Source: Catajapyx aquilonaris (lineage: Eukaryota). Taken from it: DNA of 64,000 nt. Below are positions 21,191 through 35,400 of the stretch, one piece after another (position 1 is the first letter of the stretch; each line of letters opens with the position of its first letter). The stretch is taken from NCBI GenBank assembly GCA_000934665.2, contig KZ538027.1:1-64000 (forward strand). The letters are read 5' to 3'. A model generated the notes under the pieces. The model saw only the letters and a list, made by a program, of their open reading frames with translations. It was not told the DNA's origin and did no database searches. The position numbers and the translations under genes are program-made.

Positions 21191-24100
21191 TTAGGTCATG
21201 TATCGCATTATGGCACGTAATGCGTACAAAAGTTCGGCTTGCATCCGAGCTTCAAGCACCATTAGGTTGACGTGAACCTGGAAATAAGATATCAGAATTA
21301 TTTGCCTGTCTCAAAACGGTGAGTGGAGTAACGGTCGATAGGCCATACCTTTTCCGAGTGTCGGAACTCCCTCATAACACAATCGTAATCAGCCTTTCCA
21401 AGCCTCTCTGGGAAGCAGCAAACAGTCTTGATAAACGCCTTCAGAGACCTCTCCAACAGTTGATTCACCTCCCCGTAATCGTAGTCGTCATGCCTGCAAC
21501 ATACGAACGGCGGTAATTTGCTTGCCTATCAACAGCCACCAAATGAACCGTACCTGATTCCATACATGCACTGGATGTAATTCCAGATGGCCCTCCTGAA
21601 TCTAGAGGTGTCGACATCTTTCCAGGTGCCCATGGTATAGTATGTAAGATTATAGGCCACCTTGAACTTCTCATCAAGGAGGTTCCCCACATCGTTGTAC
21701 AGCCGGTTGACCAGAGAGTATCCGTGGTCGTCCCAGCTGTAGTCTTGCACCCTGAAGGTGGGGATCTCCGACACCTCGCCGCGCTTGGCAAAGTCCTGGT
21801 AGGAGAAGGACGGATCTTCAATGAACTGGCTGATGTCCGCGCTCAGTCCCAGGAGGACACGCTGGTTGCTCAGGAGCTCCATGCTTTGGCTTTCGACATG
21901 CTGGAACCTAGACAAAGAGGGGAATACATGGCGTGATTAGCTAGGGCAAACCATTAAACTAGCTGCTGAATGGGAACAGTGACTCATTGCTTTTGTTATT
22001 TTAGCTTGTTTGATAACATTGATTTGAATGTACAATGTGCTGAAACTGTTTAGCACACAATATGAATGTGTAAATGGGCTCTGACTCATGCTCGTAACAG
22101 TTGCATGCGGACAGATTCACTGCCAACGATGCATCGCTGTATTACAATGTCCAAGCGCGGTATAAACTTGTTCACGCAAACAGCCACGGTTTATCTCACT
22201 TGAGTGCTGCAATCCAGAAATATAGCATTTTTTTTTCTCTCAGATCTAATGGTTATACGCAAGGGGCAAAGGTTACAAACCACATGTGGCAGACCCCCCC
22301 CTGCTTGACCTATATGCTGTTCCTTTGTAAACTCCAATTTTGGTCAACAACACTGTCGGAGAATTTCAATGTTAAACAAAGCAAAAAATAATAATCTAAC
22401 CTCTTGTTCCTCTCTTCCATGGTGAACTCCTCTTGCTTCTCCGAGAGAGTCTTCATCCGCTTCATCAGTGTGTCTACTCCGACCTCCTGATCCCGCACAG
22501 GTTGTCCGTCCAGGCGAGCTGGAGAGAGGTTCCTGGAGTCTGAAAAACACACAAGTCGCACTTAAAGCAAATCCGCATAATTGCAACAATTCTGCGACAA
22601 CTGTGCTCTAGCCATTGTTGTGCTAACTATGATACATCATGAGAAATATGCCTTTCGATGCATACCTCACAATTCAAGTACGAAGAAAACATGTGGTTAT
22701 GCCCTATGCGGATATGGCATGCCAGACACAAATGATGAAAAACAGCCAACGACTTGCAGCCTTAGCACCATAAATCCGCATAATTTTAAACTGGCATGTT
22801 GTAACCCCTATGCTTGAATTATCTAACTCTACTTGAACCTTGGGTCAAATGGCTATTGCATAAGCGACGGACATAACAAGTAATCAAATGAGACTCGGGC
22901 AACAATGTTCCATTTAAAGCCAACTCACTCGGGTCCGGTTGTTGCTGCGGTGGAGATCCGTTGGTCCCCTCTTTGGCATTATTGTCGTAGGTGTGGTTGC
23001 TCTCCTGGTCCAGCTCGTCATTGATGCCACAGCCAAACACAAAGCTAGACAAAGCGTGGAACTGGGTCATGATCACAATTGCCTGCACCAACTCCCCAAG
23101 CGTCCAGCTGTCTTTACTCTTTGTCAGTTTCTGGAAGGGAAAAGAAAAATGTCACATTACACGTTAAGGACAACACTAGGCAAGCCCCGGTTATTTTGTA
23201 ACAAAAGCAAACTTACTGCATTTACATGAAAAAAGGCAGCATACAAGGAAAAATCTCAAGCATTTTCAACACATTTTATGCCGGCACGATCGTAATAAAA
23301 CTTGCTGGCCTAGGTTGAACGAGACCCACCTCTATGTGCGCCTTGGTGAGTAGCCATGGCCTGTGACACAGGATCTTGTTGATTTCGTAGAGGTCCCTCA
23401 GCTTCTTCGGGATCTGCGGAAGCCCACTTTCCAACCACCGCTTGTCGCCTCCTTGACTCTCGAACTCCTGGCCATGCAAGTTGATGAGGTAGCTGCACTG
23501 ATGCCTTCCAGCAGCCTGATAGGTAATCAGAAAGGAAAATTAAGTCCCCCATTACAATCAACTAATGGCACAATGTGGGCAGTGCAACTACCCTTTGTTC
23601 ATGCAACCATTAGCCACCGTGACTCACACATGTTTGCAACACATTTTATATGGACGAATAGCAATAAATTTATTGGTCGGCATAATACGTGACAGACTCT
23701 CCCATTTCCTGAAACAAGGGGGCATCCGTAATGACCATCTTTGTTCATTTGCGACCCTTTACCTGGAGAGAGAAAGGAGCTCCCTAGGGAAAAAATTGAG
23801 GCCTTGGTGCAACTTGATGCAAGGTAGGTGTGGTGTTAAAAGACCACTTTGAAAGAAGAAAAAAAAAAACAGGGTGGCCACAAAAACCACCAAGATTTTA
23901 ATCATGTGAGGAGTATATCAGCTTTCTCAATGGCGAGATGTCACATGCTCAATGCAAGGTGAGCAGGTTATTGTACCGAGTAGTTTATAAGCTGGCCTGT
24001 CACGCTCCATGGCTTTTTTTGGTGGCCGATTGTTCGGGAAGCAGTGGACAGTGGCAGTCGTAAAAATTGAGTTGAAAGAGTGTCAACAGGACGTCGGCCA

Positions 24101-26426
24101 ATTTCTAATGCGGTTCTCGTGTGGGGGTCAGATCGGCAAACAGATCAAGACGCTCCAATTGACTTTCACTTTGGGGATTTAGCACCTGAACCTCTCCGCA
24201 CATCTTGACAAACGCTCCTTGTTTGAACGTGCACGGCACTAATCCTTAGTTCACGGTAAGATGTAACGGATTACGTTATAAGCAAGTTGCTGGGCTATAC
24301 ACAACTGAACTTTTTCAGACAATGCACTAACCTGCGACATAACCAGGGAGCATATACTACATACATGTAGTATACATGCTCCCTGACATAACACTGAAAG
24401 TAACAAGAGTAAATATTAACCTTTACAAATATGGCACTGAGAAAAATGCATAATTCATGTGATTGTTCTTGCAACAAGCAGTGCTCTTCAATGATTATAA
24501 TATTCAGTAACTAGAGCCCCGGAAAGTCAATTAGCATGAACCCAAGGCTGTACAGTACCGAGCACACATTGCAGGTGCAAAAAAAAAGGGTTTCCCTCAT
24601 AAATTTCTATGCGAACCTGACAAGCATGATTACATGCAGCAATTTGGAGCACCTAAATCAATTTGGCCGATGCCCAACAGGTTATATCCAATAAGTTATT
24701 TTGACTCTAATGCACTTGTAAATCTGGCCGCTCCCCCCCCCCCAAAAAAAACTTGTGCAGTTAAAAAATCCATGTCACGTGCCATTAGCAGGTCACAATC
24801 CTGAAAACTTCCAACATAAAGCCAGAGGGGTGAAAGGTGGTGAAAAGACAAAATAAAACAACCTGGCCATGCGAGAAAGTGAACGTATGAGCCGGGACAT
24901 CCTCATGGTTGAGCTTTGTCCTCTTTCAATGATATGCGCTCCACAGCCCGGTGTTTTGCCCCCATCCAAAACAGGATTTTGAGAGAGAAAAAAAAATTAT
25001 ATATGGCAGGAGCAAGGAGGGGGAAACATATGAGGTGCCACTTATGACCACAATTTTCATGTGTTTATGTGGTATTTCATGTTGTGACCTTTTTTCCAGG
25101 AAATTATGACCATCTGATTCATGTCTAGGTCAATTCTAGAAATTAATTTATTGGGACATGTTGCAACGCAAGAACGCCAAGTTGGTCATAAGTTACGCAC
25201 CGGTCCTGTTGTGTATGAAAGCAAACTGAAAGTTACCGCATTTGCACTCAAGTAAATTTTAAATGAGCACAAGACTGTAAATATGAGGATGTGACACACT
25301 CTCCAGGTAAAGTTACTGTTGAATACATAAACATTAGAAAATTGCAGGACTGCATTTAAAATGTAGGACGTCAAGCGGAGCAAATATTGCACACACATTC
25401 ATATAGAATTGCAGCTTGTCAGCGTTACTTTCTGAAACATTGCATGTCATTCGGTAACTTTAAAAACCAGTAATTTTCCACAAGTTTCCATCCGAATCGT
25501 ATATGACAGAAAGACACGCCCACACATTAAAGGACATATTTTTTTTGTCAACAATTTTTGACATCATTAATATGAATGGGCTTTGTTTCTCGATGCAGCT
25601 GAGTTATTACAGTGTTTTTCTCTTACCAGGAAAAGCAGCTGAGAATATTAAATTGGCTTCCATGCAGCCAACTTGCATTGCAAGTTGCAACTGTGAGTAC
25701 ACGATTGCATAAAGGGCTGTGTATTTACAGATGCAAGAGGACTGCGAATTAATCAGTACAGCAAGTAAGAAGACGTAAGAGATAGCATTGCAGTATTCAT
25801 TATTATTCTTTAATCATCTGTTTTTATTCCAACTCTTTGGACTGACATACTCTGTGTAACAAGTAAACAAAAAAATTATTACCAATTAAATTACAACTGC
25901 CTTCCAATGCTATAGTAACACACCTCACACAGTACTCAGCCACAATTTATGTCAACTCTGCCCAGGAAATGCATAATTGAATGTGTGCAGCGCAAACGTA
26001 ACTTTTGAATGACTCTTTAACCGAGCTGTAAATAGTTGAAATTGCTCTGTTAATACCGCTTGCAGTGATAATGCAGGTCATTTGCTAACCTAGCTTCAGC
26101 ACAAAAAAATTGCGGAAACAATAGTTGCTCCGTTGACATATTTGCATTGTAGTCAATGCTAAGCAATTTGCATTGGAGCCCCACTGGCCTGCACTGGAAT
26201 TCTACCGGGGCAACCTGAAAAAAAAAAAAAGAGGAGACATGTGAATGCGACTGACCATGATGGCGATGTAGTGCCTGTAGTGGAAAGGCAATGGGCCGTC
26301 ACCCCGTAGGAGGAACTGCTGGGTCCGCATGAAACACTCCAAGTACTGCGGGTGAAAGCCCATCACCTGGGTCAGGTGATCCAAGCGATTGTTCTGTAGA
26401 AATGCGTCGATGAACAGGACGTGAGT
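21191..26426 (-). CDS. SESN: Sestrin common core (7 exons)
   Basis: PA26/sestrin domain exons as listed in the long isoform. Confidence 0.97.
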
Positions 26427-29400
26427 CTGCGAAAGAGAAGAAGAAGAAACTGTCAGTGTTACGTACAATGCAAAATATCTGGTTGCAACGTTCAGTACAT
26501 TCATAACAATTTTAATTTTCCAGTTCATGACCCTGGCTTTGGCAACTTGAAAGCCATTCACTGCAACAATAGTTGTCAACATATGATCAGTATCGAAACC
26601 AGGACCAGTCCAAACGATCCAGCTGTGGAAGTGTCCCCCCTTCCAACCATAAGCAGCTGATACTTTTTAATTCAGGACCACCTTTTGGCTCTCCCAGCTG
26701 ACCTTCCCTCTTTGTCCCAATTTACTAAGACCCCCCCCCCCCCTCACAGGGAAGGGTTTGCTTCTTTTTTTTTATTTGCGCTTCCGGATGTACCTTCAAG
26801 GTCTTATTCAAATTTTTATTATCGCTACTGCACCCAACCCCTCCTGGCAAAACCATTCCTTTATGGTAGAGTGAATATCTTTGTTGACTCTCAACCAAAC
26901 CGTGGATTACCAGATTTACCTTCTGTTTTTCAACGAGCAAAACATCTTACATAATGATTATGCAACGGTGAGAAGAAGAAGAGAGAGAAAAAAAGTTTCA
27001 AAAGCGGGAGCATAATTATCATGTCACCTTGACATTCCCATATGTGCAGCATGGCGATAAATTCGAGACACACCGGTATTTATTATTTTCCTCTCGCAAT
27101 ATCCCCCCTTTTAAAAATGTCCCAACCGAACTTGCATGCGTACGGATGCACCGACCAGAAATAGAAACTTCAAGGTAAGGCTGTGGGGCCGATGGTCTTT
27201 ATTCGCGAATATTCATTTTTTTCGCAACATCCCGTCGCGTATTCGTATATTATCTTCATACGCGCGTAACATCATTATCAATATCGCGTGATTCATTAGC
27301 GACGAAAAGTATTCTCGGAAAAGGATACAAGAACAATGCCTGTTTAATGCTGCAAATGCCTCTGAATCACATGCATACTTAATCTGCTAAGGAAAAAAAA
27401 AATCTGCGGTATTATCGGAATTGAATACAAAAAAAATATACCCGGTGGTTTACCCTGCTAATGAAACCGCAACGGAAAAATGTATGGCTGTGCACATTAC
27501 ACAGAAAATTAAACAGAATGTTTTCCAACCTTTATCATTTTTTACAAGCTCACTTTCAGTATGCCAATTTTCATCACAGTACCGTAGTCTATAAAAGCGG
27601 GTTAGGTAGCCTGCATATGTAGACATACTTTATGCTTCATTATGTAAGATACACCCTGGACCATACGGGCCACCGGACCAAAAATCATCAGGAGATGGCA
27701 GACTATGTCATAATACAATTTTTACATCATCGCTGGCCATCCCTTTGGCTGTGCAAGGACAAATGACTTCATCCTGAAGGACCCACAGGGAGAATCCATC
27801 CATCCAAATCCCTGCACTCAACCAAATCCAGTTACGAAACGACCCAACACATGCAGTCATGTACTATTTTTTTTACATTGGACTCTATAGCAACTTTAAA
27901 AAAAAAAATCGAGAGAGAGAGAGAGAGACCTTCTACCCTTCCGTCATGGGGTGGTATAGAGGCAGCCCCCTAATTGCCCTCCCCTTAACTCGTCCCGAAG
28001 ACTATAAATCTTGTCCCCCTCAACGTGACCATGGGTGCTGTCAGAGGGTGTGCCACTTCAAAAACCCTCCTCATCCCAAATGGCCCAGGGGCAGTCCAAC
28101 CATCAAGGAAGAAGGGGAGGGCCTCTTTTAATTACCACCCGGCACGTTCGCATTGCCTTTTAAAACCAATCCCCCTGCTGAGACTTGACTCAACTTGTCT
28201 TCTCTTTTCCCAAGAAAACAAAAAAAAACGCCGGACTCCAAAAGCTCTAATGTCACGCACAAAGTGTAACAAAAATTCTCACCAAATAATTCAGTGATCA
28301 ATTTGCGACAAATTAACCGGCTTTCAAGTGGGCAGTTCCCGGCAACAAAGAGGATTTAGCAATCTTCCGAAGAAGAGCGCAGGTGTACAGAAATAAGGGC
28401 AGAAAAATTCCAAAAATCTGAACAAGCTCGAACTTGACTTTGCCTCAAACTAAAAATGTTGGAAAAATTCCAGACAAAGGCATTCGTATGGGATTCTTTG
28501 ACAATTGAATTAAAAACGGAGAACCTTTTATTACAAAATTTGACGAATGAATAACCAGCGTGTGTTTAAGTTAAATAAGCACATTTTAGGCACCAACCGA
28601 ACAAACTTTGATCATATATGCCACAACAGCCAAAAATCCGGACAAAGGCATTGGATGGACTTCCTTTGACAATCGAATACATAAAAAAAATTGGCACAAC
28701 ATTTTGATTTCAACAATCCGATGAATGTTTCCATCCAGTGTGTATTTAAGCATATAAGCACACTAACTTTAAAATTTGATCCTATGCCAGACATCCCCCT
28801 CAGCCGTCTTTAAAAAAACTGGAGGCCACATCACAAAGGGAAAAAAACCTGCCGGAGTTCTTTGTCCGATACTTAGTCACCAAGTTAATTTCATATCACT
28901 TTACACCTCGATCTCACAAAAAATAAAACCCCGTGCTTTCCCTCGACTTATTAATTGGCCGGTTACAGGTCAATCAACCCCAGCAACAATGCAAAAACTT
29001 ACGTCGTGTCCGACCTGCCCCATGGTCTCAATGTCTTGGGCTGTGATGGCCTCACAGCCGTCTGCTTCTCTAGCGACAGGAATCTTGAACACACTCACAC
29101 CCAGCCTCCCCCACTTAACAACAATGCCCAACAATCACATGTACTGTGTGCCACACCACGAGCGAACCGACTCGTTGTACGTCCCGGCACCGACTGACAA
29201 AACGGATGGTGGTAAACCCGGTTGGGGTGGTGGGGGAACTAGGGGAGAGGGTAGGAGAAGAGTGCAGTCAGCTGTGCAGCCCCGATCTCTCATTGGATCC
29301 GTGAGCAACCATTGAGGAGGTTGCATCAGCCTGTTGCCCCTGAGGACTATAGCACGACACACGGCTTAGCAACCCCAAGACCATTGTTGCCACGCGAAAG

Positions 29401-32400
29401 CAACAATCCAAGTCACCTGAGGTGGTCACGTGGACACCACGTGCTCACGCCAGCAGCGTATGACTCTCTCTCTCTGTACGTTTATCAGTACCGTATACAA
29501 GCATAGGTCAGTTTTTGCAAGGCGCGGGGTGTTTCATCAGCAAGGACTGCGAATCGATAACATTTCGCAATAATATACCGCACGTAGCAGACGCGTTCGG
29601 AAAAGGGGGAAAAAAAGTGGAAAGAGTTACGAATAAATTACTGAAACATATGCAAAACAGTTGGTTGCTGGCGTAAACAACGGGCAATGTCTCAGACAAC
29701 AATGACATTCAACAATGAAACTGACAAAATAACATCATCATTGTCACATATTTCAATGAGTAGCGCATAACGTTAAAATAACGGCTATAATTTTTGTCCA
29801 TGACTGTACAGTGGGTGCCAAAAATTTGCATAAAGTGCCTAATCGAAGCGTTCGTGAAAAAAAAATTGGAAAGAGTTACGAATAATTACAGAGAGATGCA
29901 AAACAGTTTCTTTCCTTCGGTATAGCTGGAGTATACACAACGCTGAATTTCTCTGACAACAATGAAGCCATAACTAGTGCCAAAAATGTGCCAAAGTATT
30001 TTGCATCAAGTGCCTACCAACCAAAAAAAAAAAACATCGAGGAAGAGGAACTTACCATTGGTTGCAAGAGACACACAATAAAAGAAAGTGATATTTCGAT
30101 CTGATTTTCACGTGTGTTTAAACTTTTGTCTCACACTCCTGACTCATTGTTACCGTGGAGTTGATTAATGCATGACAAAATAACGCTTTAGAAGCTTCTC
30201 ACGATCAAGTGACATAACGCATTGAGAACGTTCAGAGTATTCTCTCACGTAATATTTACACCATGTCACACACACACACACACACACATACGGAAGCCGG
30301 CGGATGGAGTATACATATAAAAAAATATACTGCAGTACATAAAATCTGCAAAGTGGCGCAAGAGACAATTGCAAAATTTGGATGTGGTCCAGGTTTTGCA
30401 AAACATTTGGATGCAGCCCATTCGACCTTCCAATATGCAGAAAAAGAAGCCATGGAAGACGATCCCTCCCCTGCCAACAAGTACATGTCGCCTCACTTAC
30501 CAAAGCTCCAATAACACGAGATAAAGGATTTATCTGCATTCATGACCCCTTCCGACGGGTTAATAATCGCTTGGTCCGAACAGTACGTGGCATGACTCAC
30601 ATGTGAAGGTGCTCTCAGTGTACTCATTTTTGGCTGGGCCAGTCATACCGTGTACAAATCATGACATAGTTGAAGGCTCTCTTATACTTGTTGGCATCAC
30701 TGCTTTTCCAGATAATACATTTCAACTATTCTTCTTATATTGTACTTGCAAAAAAAATTGCACTAGTTTTTAGCATACTGTATTAATGCAATCCCAGATG
30801 TTGAAAGCTACTGTTTCCCGCAGGTAGCACATAACAAAAATATCATAAATCGATATTTCGTAACCTTTCATATCTACATATCAGTACTTTTTTTTTTTAA
30901 TGTTGCAAACATAATTCCCCGTCCCATGGTGCAATCGGATGATCAATCGGCAAACAACTGAGAAGAGGCTACACAAAAATGATTGTTGGCCATGTGACCG
31001 GTGCACAGGTACCCAAAGTCATCTGGTGCATCGGTTCAACGACCCTTTGATAATATTCCAACTGCAGTGCTGAATATAGCCCCATTGATTCTGATTTACA
31101 CCGGAAGCATGTGAAGATCCAGGCCTTTCGCACCCCCAAGTTATGCGCACACAAAATTCTTCGCAATCCAACCAGTCCTTCACATGATGGCGAGAGAATG
31201 TTGAGCCAACTTATGAAACACGCACAAATTAAGGTATCTATGCAGATTATGACGAAAACACACAGATTTTCACAGATGGAGCCGGCTCATTTGGACAGAC
31301 CCGATGCTTGCAATCATTACAACGTTATACAAAGTAGTCCCGTGTCAGTCACTACACTCACCAATTGATACACACCGGTCCAGTCCTGCCTGATCATCTG
31401 GGCGTCCAGCACGTCCATCGACGTGCATGCACCTCACTGTCCAACAACCGAGTAAACAAAAGGGACTAATCTGGCCTGCCACCGACTCCTTTCCTGTGTC
31501 ATGTGTGAGTGTGCGAAGAGGTGGGGGAGGGAATATGTGAAGTCTATCAGGTCTCCCCCACCAGCACCAACCACCACCTCTATTCTCATCTCCTGTTGCC
31601 CCTAAGGCTGACCTCAATATCCCTTCTTTTGTGGTTTGATGGTGTTAAGGTCCATCCAAAGCCATCAAGATCATACACCTTCATCATCATAATATAAACA
31701 CTACACGTCAGCCACTATCCTAATCGTTAATTGCCTTTTTTTAAAAAAAAAGGCCCCTGCGATTTTCAATGTCAAGAGGTACGCGGTTAGTCTATATGTG
31801 GGATACATAATAAACAACGTTGCTCAAGAGTTTGGTGAATTAGACAGATCCAATGTCAGGCAATGTCAGCGATAACAGGGCACCGGCATTTATGCACATC
31901 TATATATTCACGGCAAAAAAAAATAGTCTATAGCCTGTAAATACTACAAGCAAATATGATTACATAAAAATAACTGGTAGATTTATGTCGCTGACATAGC
32001 AAAAATTAATATCCGATTATTCGCACGACAGTTTTTAAAACTATTCTTCTTCTTCTATTATTACACGTCATACTAATCTTAAAATATGTAATTTTCACAT
32101 ATTTAATTCCAGTAAAGGAAACCCCGCTTTAGGGCTCATTCCCACCGCAGGACCCGGAAACCTGTTATTCCGATTCCTGTCCATTCGTTCCCATGCTTCA
32201 AGGTGAACCAGAATAATCAAATCAAGGTATCAATAAATTCAATCCAACCGGAAGCATCCCCAGGGTAGTACAGTATAAATAATTCCCCCCCCCCCCTTCC
32301 TCCCCGACCCACAGGGTCAGCATCCGGTAACGGTCATCTTGCCCAAGGACCATCGACAGGTCAATGATGACAGCTGGCCATAAATGAAGAAGAAAAAAAC

Positions 32401-35400
32401 TAATTATGGAACCCTGGAAGGCTCAAGAAGCCAAATATCTCCAGCTCTTCCTAGTGACGTCACTGTCGCCATGACACGAAAAACCGGCGTGGGGAGTGTT
32501 TGTTGTCGTCAGGCGGAATATTTATTCATCAAAAACCTAACCATTGGGTTGGGTCACATTTCGCCAAGGTCACTATACCACAAACGTTTTCCGCACGCAA
32601 AAAAAAAGAGAGGTGTGATGTCACAGTTTCGTAACATCATTTTTTTTTCCATTCCCCTCTATACCTGCACGTAATTACATAGGGACGTATGTCAAATCCG
32701 AATAATTGGGACTCAAGGTCGCCGGCTACCGGTCGCGACCTTTGCAAAAAAAGGCGGTTGCCATGCGGAAATGGAGTGCATGCAAAAGTTTTGGGAGGGG
32801 GAAATAAGTGCGAATCTAATATCCGTATCGAGTGATTATAGTAATCCCCCGGACGTCAGCCGCATCAAAATTGCATCATTTCGATGCAAAAACTGACGTC
32901 ACAAGAATGCCAAACGGCTGTGGGAGGGGGGGGGGGGGAAGGTCGATAATCGCGAATTCAGAAAATGAACAATCTGTCCAACATCACAACAGAAAATGCA
33001 AGTGTGCAAAAAAATTTCCTCCCCTGCAGGTGTTATGAAGCGTCTCGCACACACAAAAAAAGAGATAGCAATCCGCGAAATTGCATGCGAATGCGTCAGT
33101 TCCGCCAAAAACCGGCAAGGGTTGGAATTATCCGAACTTTTAAAAATAGCTGGTGCAGTAGACACTAACTAGCCGTAACAAACCTGAATCAAAACTAACT
33201 GTATGTAATAAATTTCCCAGCCTTAAATGTACTCCACTTTTTTATTTTATTAAGCGATAAAACTATCATCAACTACGGTACTTTTCCTTTTTCTCAAAAA
33301 CCCAACTAGTTTTCAGGAAATCTGTGTTGCACTATTTGGCAACCAGGCTTTCCGACGTTTTACGGCCCCACATCTGAGGCTAAAGTTTGGTTGCCTCGTA
33401 AAACTGGGAAGTGCTACAAGGACGAACGCTAGGACACACGGCAACAATAAAAAAAAGTGCGAACACTCGCAGCATTCTGAACCCTCATCATTGTCGTATG
33501 CAAATGAGGCGCTCCAGGGGACGTACCGAGTAAGGTGAAGGACATTGTGACTCATCAGGTGGCAAAACTGGACGATCACTATTATTTAAAAGGCCTGTTC
33601 AAACATGCACAATGACCTCGAGGTGTGGTTTCAGGTGACTCACAGGGCCAGATCTTCAGAGGTCGAGGTCATCCTGGGATAGTAACAAGACCGGTCTGCT
33701 GGCCGACGAAGTTAATTAAATCGGACAATGGAGGGCTCTTATAGAAGCTTCTGGGTTTTTTTCCAGGCCGTGACCTCGAATGACCCCGCTGCCGAAAAAT
33801 CTGGATGGGATGAATCACAGGTCACTGATTAGAATATTGGGAGGACCAGACGTCCTTTATCGTCCGCGTCATTTGGACGACAACTTTTTGTGACGCTGCT
33901 GTTGTGACTAAAATAATAATCTCTGGCCTGAGATGATTCACTTGATTAAACGGGGCTCGTGTAATCCGCAGAGTAAATCCTATATTATGTCAATGATACG
34001 GCTGCCTTCGCAATCCGGAGAGCTTCGTAATTGCTCTATCTAAACGCTTATTACAGGACGACAACAGGAGGTTGTATCAACTGATGACAAAATCACTGAT
34101 TATCTTCTATAGCTATATACTACCATTCGTATGTCGAGTAAAATTAGGGATTTCATATTCGAATTTTGACAATATGTCATTACTTATGCCGCGTATTCAT
34201 TACGTACCGAGTTACAGCGAAAATGTTACTTATCCATCACAACTGTCGAGGTTTGACAGGATAATCGTCTTGTTATCCCACGCTCTATACCTAATTTGCT
34301 AAAATTGCATGTGATACTATAATGCAACATAGAGCAAGTGCGTTATGCAATGGCCTTGATTACTAGAACGCTTTACATGTACGTAGATCCATCATTAAAA
34401 ATCCCTTCTATACAATCATTACGGTACAGTAAGAATATTTTTCGCAAATGCACATAAGACCGTACAAGATTTTTTAAAACGGTAAATTGGTTGAGAAAAT
34501 TATCTGGAAGAGTACTAATTAATTTCCCTGAAAAGTTTCGATATGAATTGACGTCACTCGACGTGACATTTTAAGCGTGATTTTGTCACTTCATCAGCAC
34601 TCTGATGCCTGTGCTTCATTTCATTTAATCTGTATCCGATATCGAAGCTGCTGCTGTGGTGACATCAAGTATCGCACACCGGACTCTCTAATTGTCGGCG
34701 GTATAATCAAGACTTGAAGGGCTCGTGCCAGAATTGCTGCTTACAGCAAGAATTAACCAACAGTGAGTTACGGTTTCACCTAAGAGGAGGTTATCTCAGA
34801 AAATCCGCCAGCTCAAGCACAAGGATCCAGTTTCGACCCTTTACTTTTTTTTGTCTGGTTTGGTATTTTTTTTGTTTTTTAACGACCGACACGTGCATTA
34901 CACGTAAACGGACACCTCGATTCGTGACACAAATAAGGCAAACCAAAGTGACCTCTGAAGGTCTCTCTGGCTGTGGACAAATAAGTGTTCCATGCTCGTG
35001 CCGGCCACAATCGAATTAGGTGCATCGAATTTATCTCGACCAGCAGAGCAGTATATCTCAAGACAAAAGTGAAAAACATAATCGTTATCGTCCGGCGTGC
35101 AAAACAACTCCGCAACGAATAACAATTGACGAAAGAAAAAAAATCTGAGGGCGTTGTGCAATTATGTACACTGATTTCACACTAGCAGACAGACGGCCAT
35201 GAGAATATGACACATGAGCGATTTTTCTAGACTTTGTCCTAATACCGAGTCTGGGTTGGCTGATAAATGAAACGAAAAAAACAAAAAACAAGTGTGACTA
35301 AAGAGGCCTCAATAATTCGAGCCTACGATAATGAGGATTCGATGAGTAATTCTGAGATAATCGTGGCAGCTGGCAAGGTCATAAATTTGCATTTAATAAT

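Noticed and set aside
28776..29315. 179-aa plus-strand ORF
   Set aside because: Non-ATG start, no domain, and antisense to the candidate sestrin first exon.
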